A stretch of DNA of 64,000 nucleotides from Callorhinchus milii (taxonomy: Eukaryota), in NCBI RefSeq assembly GCF_018977255.1, contig NW_024704756.1, positions 17,298,001 to 17,362,000 of the forward strand, read 5' to 3'. Positions 24,902-38,189 of the stretch are shown here, one piece after another. Every line of letters begins with the position of its first letter. Position 1 is the stretch's first letter. The translations under genes were made by a program, and so were the position numbers. The notes below the pieces were generated by a model. That model did not search any database, was not told the DNA's origin, and was given only the letters and a program-made list of their open reading frames with translations.

Positions 24902-27714
24902 AAATCCTATTTATATTGCCAGTGGAAGGGTTCACTGAGTTTGACAAGAGTGAAGGAGCTGGAGTGACCGCAGTAGAGATACAGTCAGTGCCACAGGGCA
25001 CCATTAAGAATCTGTACTTCAGTTCTCATGATTACATCACTGAGACTCTGTTTCTCCCAAATAAGTTTACAAGCTTCAATAGAAACAAAAGATTTTAAAA
25101 TCAACTGCATTCTTTGAAACTGAATCTATGTTGACATAAAATGTGGTCCCTATAAAGAGACACCTAGCTTGGATGCATTGTGTAACGACAAACCTCAAAA
25201 GACCTGGTTTGATTCCCGTCAGGGCGAAACTTTGGGCAAGTTTCCTTACTCCATACGCCTGATAATAATCCCTCAAGAAAAAAAAACCCAACAATATATA
25301 AAATGCAAAGATTATTATAAATGTCTAAGGATTTATAGAAAGTTACAACACTCTCGGTCAGCTATACAGCTGCTGAGAGCACAAGCCCTGGGCCAATGTT
25401 TAACCTTGAACAAACCAGAGTTGTATTTCCAAATACGACACCGGTTTATCTGAGCAGATTAAACATTAATATTAGAGATATAACTTCCCTTCCCAAACGG
25501 TCAATCGCTTTCATTAGCCGCACTTGCCCACGCACTAAATCCATCAGGATAAGTGATGTAATGTGGAGAAATCCTTTGACAGCCCCCCCACCCCATGGGG
25601 TTTAATGTCTGGATGTGGTCAGGTTGGCTGCACCAAGTCTAAACTGAGCATCAGATCTCTTTGAACAGCCAACAGTCTAAGCCAGGTTTCTCTCCTCAAA
25701 ATCATCAGCCAGACCAGGAAAGAAATCTAGAAAATGGGAATATTCCTGGGATTTAATGTGAAAAAAATAAGAGAAAAACAGGGAATCAGACAGAAGTAAG
25801 TTCCCTTTTGTCTCCTAAATCCAATTAAAACCAATTTTCTTCTCCTGCTAACATGTTCCTAGTACTGAAGCTTGTCAGGGTGTTTGTGTTGAGAGATCAT
25901 CAGCCCAGCCTGAGGAATTACCATCAGGGCTAACATCACAGTCTGGGTAGCACATCATGTCCTCCTAGAGCCTTCATAGGTACACTCGGACATCATTCAA
26001 GCCATTGTGTCTGTGCTGGTGCTCACTCCCCACTGGAGCTCTCTACTCTAATCCCATTCCCTGCTCTTTCCCACACACCCTCAATATTATTTTTCTTCAT
26101 GTATTTATCGAATCTCCTTTAAATTTTGCAAGTGATAATCCTGGATTTCTTCCATCCTGTTGCTGACTTGGTGCCGATAATCTTATACCATTTATCCTGA
26201 ACAAAACCTCCTAACTTTGAAAGCTTTTCAGAAAGCCCTCAAACCCCTCTGTTCCAGTGAATACTCCCAGCTCTTTAGCTCTGTGTAGATTTCATTCTCC
26301 CACCATTGAAGGGAAAATTGCAAGGGGGAGCAGCAGACACACTCTTTAAACATCCAAAACAAGCACATTTCTTTTTGAAAGGCAGTCTGGCTTGAGATTT
26401 AATTTAAAGTAAAAAAAAATAATCTGCTGAAAGTCATTTTTTTCCATTAATCATACCTCAGAGGCCAGCCTGCTGCAAACATTAACAGCAAGGCAGAGAG
26501 AGCTTCAGATTGGAAGTGAGATAGAACACTAAATAGGCCAGCGAGGAGGGAGAGACTGAGACTTTAACCCAAGTGCCTGGAGGACACCTCCTGTATCACA
26601 TTAGCACACTTGCTGACTCCAGCTGAGTAAAATTAATTACCTCCCCAAGGGCATGGGAACTTAACAGAACTGTAAGGAAAATGAAGACGGAATGGAACTC
26701 AAGCGAGAGAATGGAGAGGAAAGGAAAATACCAGAGTATCTCTGGTCTGCGACTAATTAAGAAATTAAAAAAAATGTTTTACAAATAGCTGGGCAAGAAA
26801 AATATGTACTTTGTGGCTGTGGGTCACTGATGTTAATAGAAAAGATCTGTGAGAGACTGTACAGAGAGCAAGGGTGACCTGCAACTGACAGTGTAAAATA
26901 ACAAGGGGCTTTAGGTATGGTTAGACAGGGAATAATGAGTACCTGGGAGTGAGTTCTGAGATTAAATCTAAGGAAAGATCACACGTTATAAATGGTGAGT
27001 TCTTGGGTCTGTGTGTGTTTTGCTGAGGTCTTTCATTTTTCTTCTGACTCGTGGCAGAGAACCGAGATCAGCCCCTCCTGACAGTGAGGAGGACCTCCCT
27101 ACCCAATACACTGATAAGATTGCATTTGATACAGTGTCCACAGAGCATTCAAACAAACATCTCACAGGGAATCAATGTCAAACATAGTGCCTGTTTTTGT
27201 GAGCAAATGTCCCATAAACAGCCATGAAGTAAATGACTGATTTGATCTGATGCTGAGGGTGAAGACTGTGAAGGATAGAGAGAATGGAGACTCAACCACT
27301 CTGGGACACTGCCCTGCGTGAGGGAAGCTTAATAAATGCAAGTTGTTGTTGAGGGTGAAGACTGAGGTTGGATAGAGACAATGGATAGAGAAGATGGATA
27401 GAGGATGGAGATTTCTGTGAACGTGGAGAAACATTTTTAAAGAGGAAGAAAGAAACAACCACAAACTATTTCCTGATTTGCAACATCCTGTGCACCAACA
27501 TTGAAAAGTCTTCCAGGGCCAACCAAATGAAATTCTGGTCTTAGATCATTACCCACATCTGCTGAAGAACCCACACAGTGCAATGTCATTAACTCTTCAA
27601 CAACCGGAGGAGCAAAGCTGCACCCACAACAAAAAATGTTTGGTACTGTACTGTCAATTACTGCATTCACTGTACTTCAAAACATTAGCCTAATCAGCCT
27701 GGGTGGGGGTGCTG

Positions 27715-27952
27715 GATACAAAGTGTAGAGGCAGCTTTACTGTGTCTGTAACCCTGATCTGGAAGTGTGAACGGACAGTGTAGAGGAGCTTTACTGTGTC
27801 TCTAACCCTGACCTGGGAGTGTGAACACACAGTGTAGAGGGAGCTTTACTGTGTCTCTAACCCTGACCTGGGAGTGTGGACAGACACACAGTGTAGAGGG
27901 AGCTTTCCTGTGTCTCTAACCCTGACCTGGGAGTGTGGACGCACAGTGTAGA
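27715..27952 (+). repeat. About 55-bp tandem repeat (4-5 units), also dispersed
   Basis: Unit CAGTGTAGAGGGAGCTTTACTGTGTCTCTAACCCTGACCTGGGAGTGTG; also at 43145-43280 (+) and 50130-50240 (-). Confidence 0.85.
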
Positions 27953-29097
27953 GATTGGGCAGAGATTGGATATTTATGTTCTTGCTTTGATTCAGAGATT
28001 TCCAATAAAGGTAAAAACACTCAGGCTCCACATCTTCCATTAATCTTAGTTGGCAAAATTCAACATAAGGGAGTTACAGAATGAAGCGAATTCAATCCCA
28101 CAAACAGTGGGGATCCAGTACACGACCGGCTCCTGGCAGAGTCATTCCTATAAATTACCACTTGTGTCACTCGTGCAGGAACTTCCAGGCTGGGTAGCAA
28201 CTTGGAAAAAGTGGAGTAGTTGGAAAATGCATGGAGTAAAAACAAGACCATTGTTCACCCAGATACACAGGCAAATCTGACTGCGTTCACTTTAATTACT
28301 TAACCCACAAAGGCAGAGGGCATTGTAGGTCACTGAAGATTACAGCACACAGTACACCCTGTGTAAGCCATCCTCACTGCGGGAATCGCCATTCTGCCCA
28401 ATGTCACTGACTGGCATTGTGAAGGATTGTGTGGGGGCGCCAGCACAGTGTGGCACTGCCAGCCTGAGAGCCAGATGGGCAGGACAATGCAGGACATCAC
28501 TAGGTGGAAAACAAGAGGTCGGGTCAGATGAATGAGCAAGTAGTGGCTGCCTAATATCATGAAAGCCTGGAGAGTGCAGGAGGAAGGGAAGAGTGAGGAA
28601 GGTGAGAAGTGCTGTTGAGTGTAGGGAAGAGCAAGGGAGGGATGTAATAATCTTTTTTGGGGAGGTGATAATCAATGAGACATTATCTCACGGGTGAGGG
28701 GGGGGTCTGCCTATTAATAAGCCACCAAAAGTCGAAAAGGCAAAAACACATGGTGATGAGAGGGAAACACAGAGCTGGGTTGGCTGTGGCTCTTCACTCA
28801 GTTAATGGGTAAAGTTAGTGGGAAAAGCTGACTTACATACGGCCTGAAATTAAATCTGCAGGAATTCAAACATTGTTCTTATGCCTGCAGGCTGATAACC
28901 TGGGCAAAGTCTGCATTGCAATGAAGGCTGCAGCTGTTTAAACTACATTGTGATTGACTGTGAGGATGGACTAGAGATGTGGCCTCAACCCCAACACTGA
29001 GGAACTGATCAACCACAGGAACATTACCTCACAGGGGGCAAATAGACCTTTTGCCGTCTGTAGATGGTCACCATTCTGCACAATCCTGCAATCTCAC

Positions 29098-29632
29098 TTA
29101 TAATAATCCTTGCATTTGATAAAGCGCCCTATCATTCCATTGAGACATCTCAAAGCACTTCACAGAATATACTGTACTTCTCTTTGACCGTGCCTTCAGC
29201 TCCCCTCTCGACTCTCTACTCCCTCCTCGCTCCCTTCCTTTCCTCCCCTCACCCTGGCCATTTCCCCCTTGCTCGGGTCCTGACCCAACTGTACAGAGCC
29301 TTGGGACGTCCTCCCGACGTGAAAGGCGCTCAATAAATGGAATCTTGTTGTTGTTGTTGTTGTAAAGTGAATTGACTGTGTATTTTGTGGTTGAAAAGCG
29401 GCAGCCAATTGTGCCCAGCAACGTCTCACAAACAGGATTGAGAAACCAAATTATTACTTTTTTTTTGGAGGGATTATTGCTCCCAGAAAGTGATCCGCCA
29501 ATCGACTAACAACTGGGTTCCTACTTACTGCTAGATAAACAGAGGCGTGTGAAGTCAGGAAACTTGCCTAAGATTTCACCTCACCCAGGAATTGAACCTT
29601 GGGCCTCTCGCTTGCGCTGAGCTACAGGACTC
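29098..29632 (-). mobile_element. Long-form tRNA SINE interrupted by an L2 fragment
   Basis: Tail at 29098-29176, body and head at 29361-29632; carries the extra internal segment also seen at 58322-58660. Confidence 0.8.
29177..29360 (+). mobile_element. L2-clade LINE 3' fragment nested in a SINE
   Basis: Matches the reverse complement of about 41014-41255; (TTG)n tail; flanked by TGTA on both sides. Confidence 0.85.
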
Positions 29633-29929
29633 CCAACACTCCAATTTACTTAGGGATCCCCAAAAAGGTGGAATTGGGAAGTTGCTTCAAGGTTCGTTCA
29701 TCCATTGTAGTTGCTGTTTCCTGGTCCTTACATGGACCTCACTCCAGCGATTATCATCAAAAAGAGAAGGGAATTTCTTTCCCAGTGCCCTGCCCGACAA
29801 TGCCCTGCCCGACAACGCTCTGCCCGACAATGATCTGGGTTAAATTGGTTACTTGTGAGAATGTCACTGTGCACAAATTGGTTGCTGTGTTCGCCTACAA
29901 AATACAGTCACTGCACTTCACAGCTTTTA

Positions 29930-30060
29930 GGAAATAACATTATGGGATATAAGTACACGGGTAGTTCAGGACATATATGTGCATGCTACCGAAGGAAGGT
30001 GAAAGGCGAACTAGATGGACCTTGGTCTTTTTTTGTCTAGCATTTATGTTCTTATGTTAT
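29930..30060 (+). mobile_element. CR1-like LINE 3' end inserted in a SINE tail
   Basis: CTAGATGGACCTTGGTCTTTT...TTATGTTCTTATGTT terminus; SINE tail sequence on both sides. Confidence 0.55.
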
Positions 30061-32761
30061 GTACTGTGAAGCGCGTTGAAACGTTATGACGTGATATTTT
30101 ATTTATGAATGTAACTGGCTGACTGGAATCCCAGTTGGGGTTCAGAGAGCTGTCAGTTTCAGTGGGACTCGTAAAGAGTGAAATACTGCAGGGAGCGGGG
30201 GGGGGGGGGGAGAGAAAATTTGGAACAAGACCCCAATGTACTTGCTCAGAACTCAGATAATGTGTGCAGTTTCTGAAAATACTGAACGCCCCCAGTCACA
30301 AAGTTCCAATCACAAAACCATACTGAAGGCCACAGACCCTGCTTCATGGTTCTGCCTCAACACAAAAGCTATCAATCTTCCTGCAGAGGATTTTAATTCA
30401 ATCTTAATTCAACTTTGTTATTCAAGCGTTGCCGGAGCTCTGAAGAGGCAGACTACATAGAGGCGTCCCAGTTCATTGTAGCCATGATTTCATGGCTCAG
30501 ACTATGATGGAAATCTCATCTGCCCGGGGGTCATATAAAGTCCAGCCAAGTATTGTTGCACACATCCTGCACCGCGCTGGCCCCAACACCTCACCTTTTC
30601 CCCAAATATTCCCTTTCCTTCGAGGCTGTGGGTTTTACTCGCTGCCGGGAAAATACAATACTTTTATTAACTTTCAAAAGCAGCCTGAACAGCACAACTC
30701 TGTCTCTCACATCAGAAGGTTGTGGTTTCAACCCTTGCATCAGGACTTTGAATTCACAGTCGAGGCTAACACTCCAGTACAGTGCTGGGGGGGGTGGTGC
30801 CGTGTTTTGTATGAGATGCTGTCCCATGGTCCTGCCTCTCTATTCAGGTGGATGTTGAAGTTCACACAGCCCTATTTGAAAAGAGAAGGGAGTTTTTCGC
30901 TCCTTGTTTCTTGGCCAACAATCCTCCAATAAAATTAATCACTCACTTTATGGCTGTTTGTGGGACGTTGCTGTGTGCAAATTGGCTGCCGCATTTCCCC
31001 CACAAAATACACAGTCACTACACTTTACAGTTTCGAACAATGGTGTGTGATGGTAAGTACTGAGATGGAATGGTCCCGCAGGTTGAGACCAGGTGGAATT
31101 TTGAGCCATTCTCTCAGAATGGCTGAAAAGCAGCTGGATAATTAAGACTGAATTTATAGAATTGTGCAAAACATTGACACTATGACGTGCTAAGGAACAA
31201 ATCTAAGTCTGGAGCCATGTGAAACCCATTCCCCGATGTAAAAGGAACCTTTACCCTGAAGGCACACCAGGTCTGTGTGTCCAGCGCACACCTCCAGCCC
31301 ATTGTCCATCATTTGGTGGGAACGTCACTGAAGAGTTAGCTGTTGTCAGGAAGCGTCCTAGCAACTGATATATTGTAAAAGCAAACAGTGGCCTTTTTGT
31401 CCCTCTGCTTTCAGCTGTAATTTAAAGTCACCCCAAAAAGGGGGAAAGTGTTGGCTGAAGAAAGAAGGGACTGCAGCTAGGACAGGAGCATCGAACATCA
31501 AGAACAACAAATTACATTTGTATCGCGTCTTTCACATCGGGGGATGTCCCAAGGCCCTGGTCCTAGGGCGCTTGTCCCAGAGCTCTGCCAATGCTGCTGG
31601 AAGCACTCTCAGCCTCAGTAATAGCAGGTCCCAGCTGACAAACCCTCACCCAAGTAAAGAGTGAGAGGGGTGAGGATTCCTGTAGAATGTAGGAGGAAGG
31701 GAAGAGTGAGCTTGTATCTAACACATCCCCCTGCCTGCACTGTGTTGTACCTGGGACCATGGCAGGAGGCGGGTGAGGAGAGTGGCTAATGTGATGGGGA
31801 GAGAGATACAGCAATTGGATGACATTTACTTGCAAAATCTGTCTTAACTTTGGACAGATTGGGCCTGGCACTGACTCTCCAGCCAGGCCACTGTGTGTTT
31901 GCGCAGGCACCTGAAGAGAAGCCCAATGTGGCCAGCCCCTCGCTTTGCAGAGCCTCCATGGGGTGAGTGGGGCCGTGGAGCCAGAGAGAAAAAGCCTCCA
32001 TCCCCTGGCCCCTACCCCAGCCCCGTGTAGAGCTGTAAAACAGTCAGCGTACTTTGGGCTGGCCAGCCAGCTCCTCGATCAGCTCAGCTGCAGCTCTCTC
32101 CTGGCTGCCAACTCTGTCAATGAAATAATAGGAACAAGCTGTCCTCACGACAGAGCAACTTTCAGATGAAAATGTTTTTGTTAAAAAGGAATCACCAGAT
32201 ATAAACCCGTTGATTGCTGAAGCCCATCTGCTCGGGCACTGTAAACCCTTTGGAGGCTGCACTGGTTCTGTAACAGGATTGAACGACCTGCACAAAGTTA
32301 ATTGCAGTCTGTTCCAACACACAAGTCAATAAAATTACTGCTAGGTACAGGCAGGAGGTGAGAGGAACTGGCAAGATGTTATGGTTAGGTGAGATCAACC
32401 TTGGGGTTTAAAAGCCTGTAGAATGTAGGCGGAAGGAAAGAGTGAGGTAGGTGAGGAGTGCTGTAGAGTGTAGGATGAAGGGAAGAAGGAGGCGAGGTAG
32501 GACAAGAGAAAGTAAAAGAAATGATCTAAAGGTTGAGACTTATAGCAGATCCCAGCCAGTTCTGGAGGCGACAATCACTCTGAGGTAGTTATTTGGCAGC
32601 ATCACGTAGAGAGCTGTCACTTTACTATCATGGATCACATTGCATCAGTAAATCTATTCCTGCCTCAGTTACAGCAAGAACCCAGGTTATCAAGTTAAAG
32701 AGACTCATTTCACCTCTTGCGTGTGATTTACGTCCCATCTCCCAGCAAAACCTTCTGGGTT

Positions 32762-32941
32762 GTAAGTGCCAACACAGGGGTAGCAGGGTGGCTGTGGGTA
32801 AATGCCAGCACAGGATCAGGAGGGTGGCTGTGAGTAAATGCCAACACAGGGGTAGCAGGGTGACTGTGGGTAAATGCCAGCATAGGGTCAGCAGGATGGC
32901 TGTGGGTAAATGCCAGCACAGGATCAGCAGGGTGGCTGTGA
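32762..32941 (+). repeat. 36-bp minisatellite, 5 copies
   Basis: GTAAATGCCAGCACAGGATCAGCAGGGTGGCTGTGG-type unit. Confidence 0.9.
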
Positions 32942-34487
32942 CTTTGTGCAGTGGCTCTGTCGCTGAGGGTAATTTAAACCATTCCGAGCTAATTTAGCTG
33001 GCCTGTTGGTTGGCCAGTTTATAATAAGACACTTGACCTTTACAACTGAGGATGGTTTAGAGCAAAGTATAGGAAGCTGGCACCTCACCCAGTGTGTGCA
33101 AATATTCGTGCAGATGTACAATAACTACCTAATTATTATAATAACCTTCATATTTCACCCAGTGCCTGCAACAAAGCACTTGTAGAGTGAAGTGACTGTG
33201 TTTTGTAGGCCAACGAGGTATCCAATTTGCACAAAGCGACATCCCCACAAACAGCCATGACCAATTTTTCTCTGTGGGAATGTCGACCAAGGATACCAAA
33301 AGAAACACCTGTCTATTTGCCAACTGTGCCATGGGATCTTTAAAGTCCACCTGAACAGGCACGGATGTTTAACAGCCTAAAGACAGCCCCTTCTTCCCAC
33401 CAATGCGAAGGAGCATAAGCTTAGACTGAGAATTCCACAGAGTTCCATAGTCATACAGCACAGAAAGAGGCCATTCAGCCCAATGGAGACTGAGGGAGAG
33501 GGTGAGTGAGACTATCTAGACAATGAGTGAGGGAGGAGTGCAGAGGGAGGGAGGAGTGAGGGAGTGAGGCGTGTGGGGTGAGGGAGCGAGGCGTGTGGGG
33601 TGAGGGAGCGAGGAGTGTGGGGTGAGGGGGCGAGGAGTGTGGGGTGAGAGATTGTGCGAGTGTGCACACACCCTGCCTGCAGGCCACACTCCGCGCAGGT
33701 GAGATAACAGAGACAGTTAAATGTAGTCTCATTCCTGTGTCTGACAGGAAACATTTGCAGCCTGTCATTTCATCAACCGGGGGGGGGGGTGGTGGGGGGA
33801 GGGGGCTGGAGCTCACACTTGGCTGATGCTCCAGTGCAGGAGGGAGAGAGAGTGCTGTATTGTTGAAGTTCCATCCTTGGGATGAGATATTAAATCGAGG
33901 ACCTGTCTGTACTGTTCAGGTGGGGATTAAAGATCATGAGGCGCTACTGGAAAAGTAAAGGGAGTTTCTCTCTCCCAGTGTCCCTCAGGTTAATCACTCG
34001 TTCACCTCATGTGTGACTGTGTGGGAACTGGTTGTGTGCAACACGGCTGGTGCCTTTACCTGTGAAATCTGCACAGCCCCCACCCTGCCGGCAGCGAGTC
34101 TGTGCGAGGCAGACCTGCTTCAGGTGCAATGAATGGATATGTTTGCTATCAAGATGCAGATGAGACATCAAATATCCCCCCCCCCCCCACACACACACAA
34201 GCCCTGAACAAAGACCATCTATGTGGAACCAGCTTGGGAGTGGCTTTAAAGATAATATTTTATATTCAACCCAAAACAAAAGTCTGTTGAGACATTAATC
34301 CCCCCCCCCCGCCCAGAGCACTCCCCCTCGCACCCCGACATCACACCCCAGCTTTCTGTTTCCCATGGGGATGATCTTTGCGCTGTTGTGGAATTTATTC
34401 CGAGATCCAGGCAGACACACTAGCAGAGGCTCATCTCAACCTCTATGAGTGATCACACAAAATGCAGTCACTACACTTTACCGTATA

Positions 34488-34709
34488 AAAACAGACCTGC
34501 TTCCTGGGAAATCGCAGCATCTATGGGGAGAGGAGAATTAGTTAACATTTCAGGTCTGGGACCTATAATCAGAACTGGAGTTCTGACAAAAGGTCATAGT
34601 CTTGACACTTTAACTCATGTTCCTCTCCCTCGATGCTGCCTGACCTGTTATGTGGTCGCAGCCACTTGTTTTTCTTGCCTAATAATTTTCAGGATGGCAG
34701 TGCTTTGCT
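34488..34709. mobile_element. Palindromic element, probably derived from a Penelope-like terminal repeat, inserted in a SINE tail
   Basis: Imperfect inverted repeat 34514-34639 centred on TCAGAAC-tgga-GTTCTGA; flanked by 16-bp direct repeats (14/16 identical) at 34472-34487 and 34710-34725. Confidence 0.6.
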
Positions 34710-35853
34710 TACACTTTCCAGTATATTCTGTGACGCGCTTTGAGATGTCTCCACGATATAAGGCGCTATATCAAATGCAAGGATTATTATTATTATTATC
34801 ATCCCCAAATTACTGTGATTGCATTGGCCCACGTACGTCTTTCTCTACATCTCCATCCCAAAGCCTCTTTCTCTCAATCCATCTCTCTCCCTCAGGATGT
34901 ATGTGTCTGTGTCCATCAACCTCTCTCCAGGCTCCGTTATGAACCTGCGATTCCCCTCTGACTGAAGAGCGAGTCTCCTCTTCAGTGAAGCACAGCCAGT
35001 GCTGGCTGCCGACACCTTATCACAAGTAAAATATTTTCAATCATCTTTTTTGTCGAATTTGTCAGGCACTAAGACCACAGTGGAAATGTTTCAGCCTATG
35101 TTAAGGAGACCGTGATTTAAAATGCAAACTCCCACACAGGCAGCGAGGACTCCAAATCCCAACACAAGTCCAGTCTGTGAGCAGAGAGAGAGAGGCTGTG
35201 ACATCTCAGTCCGGACACATGGCCCGAGGGCTCTCTAACCCCAGAGCTCAGAGCTGGTTCCCTGTATTAACGAGAATACATTAGTGTGATTGACAGAGGC
35301 AGAGATTGACTGACCGAGGGCGCACACACACGTATTGCTGAGGCTTGAAATGGGGAATGGTTTGAACTGCAGATGTGACCCCCTGCAAATGGAGTTAAAC
35401 CAAACTGTGTGACACCTCAAGGCAGGTAAGGATTTTTAATGTAATTGTCCTTTTTTCTTTTAAACACAAGCGCAACGCGCGTGGCATGTGGTGTGTGTGT
35501 TTGTCCACTTTAAACCCAGAGGCACCAACCGAGCTACTGAATCCCTACATCCCAACCACCCCAGGCCGGCCCGAAAACCTCCTCACTCAGGGGTTCCTTC
35601 CAATGGTTTCTTTAGCATTCCCGCGGGGAGAGAGAGAGAGAGCAGAGCACAGGGTTTCCCAGAGCGGCTCAAGGCATTCCTTTTACACCGCTCTCCCAAC
35701 TCATCGCTACCGTACAGAGAGCCACGGTGAATATTGGGAGATTTTAACAATTAACAAACTAATGTCATAGCCTTCTGTAGGGAATTGTAACCAATGGGAA
35801 TGAGTGGGAAGGTTTGGTCCATTGGGATGGGAAGGGTGTGTGTCGCCATTACT

Positions 35854-36500
35854 AACAACAACAAGATTACATTTGTATAGCACCTTTCACGTCGGAAGGA
35901 CGTCCCAAGGCGCTGGACAGTGTACAGCATTTCAGACCCAAGCTGGGGTCAAGGGGGAGAAGGGAGAGGAAGGGGTCTGAACGATGGCTTGGTCGAAGAG
36001 GAGAGTTTTGAGGCGGGATGAAGGCTAAGGAAGGGGCGAGGTGGGTGACTGGTGGATGGAATTCCAGAGGATGGGGGTAGAGTGGCTGAAGGCTCTCCCG
36101 CCAATGGTGGGGCGGGTGATGTGGAGCAGCCAGAGCCGGCTGAGCGTAGGGAGCCGGCAGGATGGTAGGGGTTAGGAGGTCACAGAGGTAGGGTGGGGCG
36201 AGGCCATGGAGGGCTTTGTAGGTGAGGACCAGGATCTTGAACTGGATCCTCTGAAGGATAGGGAGTCAATGGAGTCGGGCGAGAGTGGGGGAGATGGGGT
36301 CACGGAGTTTGGTGCGGGAGAGGACACGGGCTGCAGAGTTCTGGATTATCTGCAGCTGTGGAGGGAGGAGTTGGGAAGGCTGACAAGCAGTGCGTTTGCA
36401 TCGTCGAGCCTGGAGGTGATGAAGGCATGAACAAGAGTTTCAGTGCCTGAGGGGTGAAGTAGTGGCGGAGTCGGGTGAATTTACGAAGGTGAGGGAAGGT
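35854..36500 (-). mobile_element. L2-clade LINE, 5'-truncated and decayed
   Basis: Minus strand encodes ORF2 C-terminal motifs (HAFITSRLD, LQIIQNSAARVL, FKILVLTYKALHGLAP) and ends in a (TTG)n tail. Confidence 0.85.
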
Positions 36501-38189
36501 CTACCCAAGCGAGTCATGGCTTGGATGTGGGGAAGAAGACAGTTGAGAGTGTCTCCGGGAGCAGTGAAGAGGACACAGACTCTCAGGTCTCTTTCACAAA
36601 GTCTGTGGTGTTGGAATATGTGAATCCCGAAGGCACAAAAACAGTGACTGGAAATATAACGACTTGTATTGTGTTTGATTACTGTTCAGGCTGTTTTACA
36701 GTGAGGGGGGGAGTCTGAGTGTGTGACACGATGTGAGCGTGTAAGTGTGTCAGTGTGAGTGAGAAAGTGATGCACTTTATGTGTGTGTGGTGGTGGGGGG
36801 AGGACGTTTATATTTAAGTCTGTCCAGAGAATTATTGCACCGTAACTCCATCAGTGTATCCGCAACGTAAAACATCGTAAACACGATGTAACCGAAACGT
36901 GATCCCATCATAAACACAATATAACTGCAATGTAAACACATGCCTTATGTTTACCATCTGTCCGGGTGCCAATAGCACCCCCCACCCCCGTGTAAACTAA
37001 CCCACCACCCCGCGTCTCTTACTTAACCTTCTGCCAATGTCTTGTAATAATTGTGTGTACCTTGGCTCTCAAAACTCCCTAAACAGGAGCTAAAGGCAAG
37101 ATCAGGGCTGTACAGAGGCACTGTACTGACTACCATTGGGACGGGGATTGGAGAAAGACATTTGCGAACTCAATGCGAATGCCAGAGATTTCTCCCAGGA
37201 CATTGCTGCCGCCCTCAGGTGCCCGGAGGAAGAGGATATCACTGTGAACATCGTTGTATTTGATATAGCACTGATAACACTAAAAGTACTTGGCGGGGAA
37301 TTGGGGTCCAGGTGTAGTGACTGTGTTTGTGGGCAAATGCAGCAGGTCCCACAAAAGTCCATGGACTTAGGTTTCTACACTCTCTGGATTGTCAGTCATG
37401 TCACCAAGAGAGACACTCTTCCGTTTTCCAATAGTCAACAGGAGAGACGGGACCTCAGTTTAAAAATCCATCTTAACGGTAAACCCCTCTGACAGTGTAA
37501 CCCCCCCCCCCACCCCCACCCCCACGGACTGTACTGAATCAGCAGCTTAGCTCTGTGCCACAGCTGAAATCCTGACTCCATACAACCACCCAACCCACAG
37601 GCCGACACCGAGCCACATTATTCAATAGAGGATTAACCGTTTGTCAACAAAAACACTCCAATATATAACTATAATCTAAAATTGAGATTACCTGCTGAGG
37701 GCCGGTGCTGGGAGCTCAGGTTCTGATTCCAGGCCACCGCATACTCTCATTCCCGAGTCCACCTATGGAGCTCCAGGAGACTGTGGATGAGAGCTCAGAG
37801 TGACACTGATCAGATATTGTTATTCTCTGTACCTTTTCCATGTATTCATGTAAAATACTGGCACGTCGCTGACTGGACCCGAACAACAGCCTCCAGGTAA
37901 CTGGGTTACTCCCTTCACCTCGCCCTGTATGTGGCCTCACCGTGCAGCAGGTGGCTGCAGGATCAGCCTACAAAGCCAGTCACTACACTGACCGATAATA
38001 ACCAGATATAGACCCTCTTCTTCTTTTAAAAGCCGCGGAATTGCTCTAATCTCTGAGATTCCCTGTTAGTGAGACGTGAGTGAGTGTGAGTACAGCGCGT
38101 GGCGCGTGTTTAAGTGTGAACAGTTGTGCGTAGTTATGTATTGCTGTACAACGGTGCGGGGGGGGGTGTCTGCGGGGGCACATGGCTGT

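Noticed and set aside
29028-29085. Possible malic enzyme (ME3-like) remnant IVQNGDHLQTAKGLFA, expected here by synteny
   Set aside because: Only scattered identities over 19 aa, the exon boundaries do not fit as I recall them, and no other malic enzyme exons were found.
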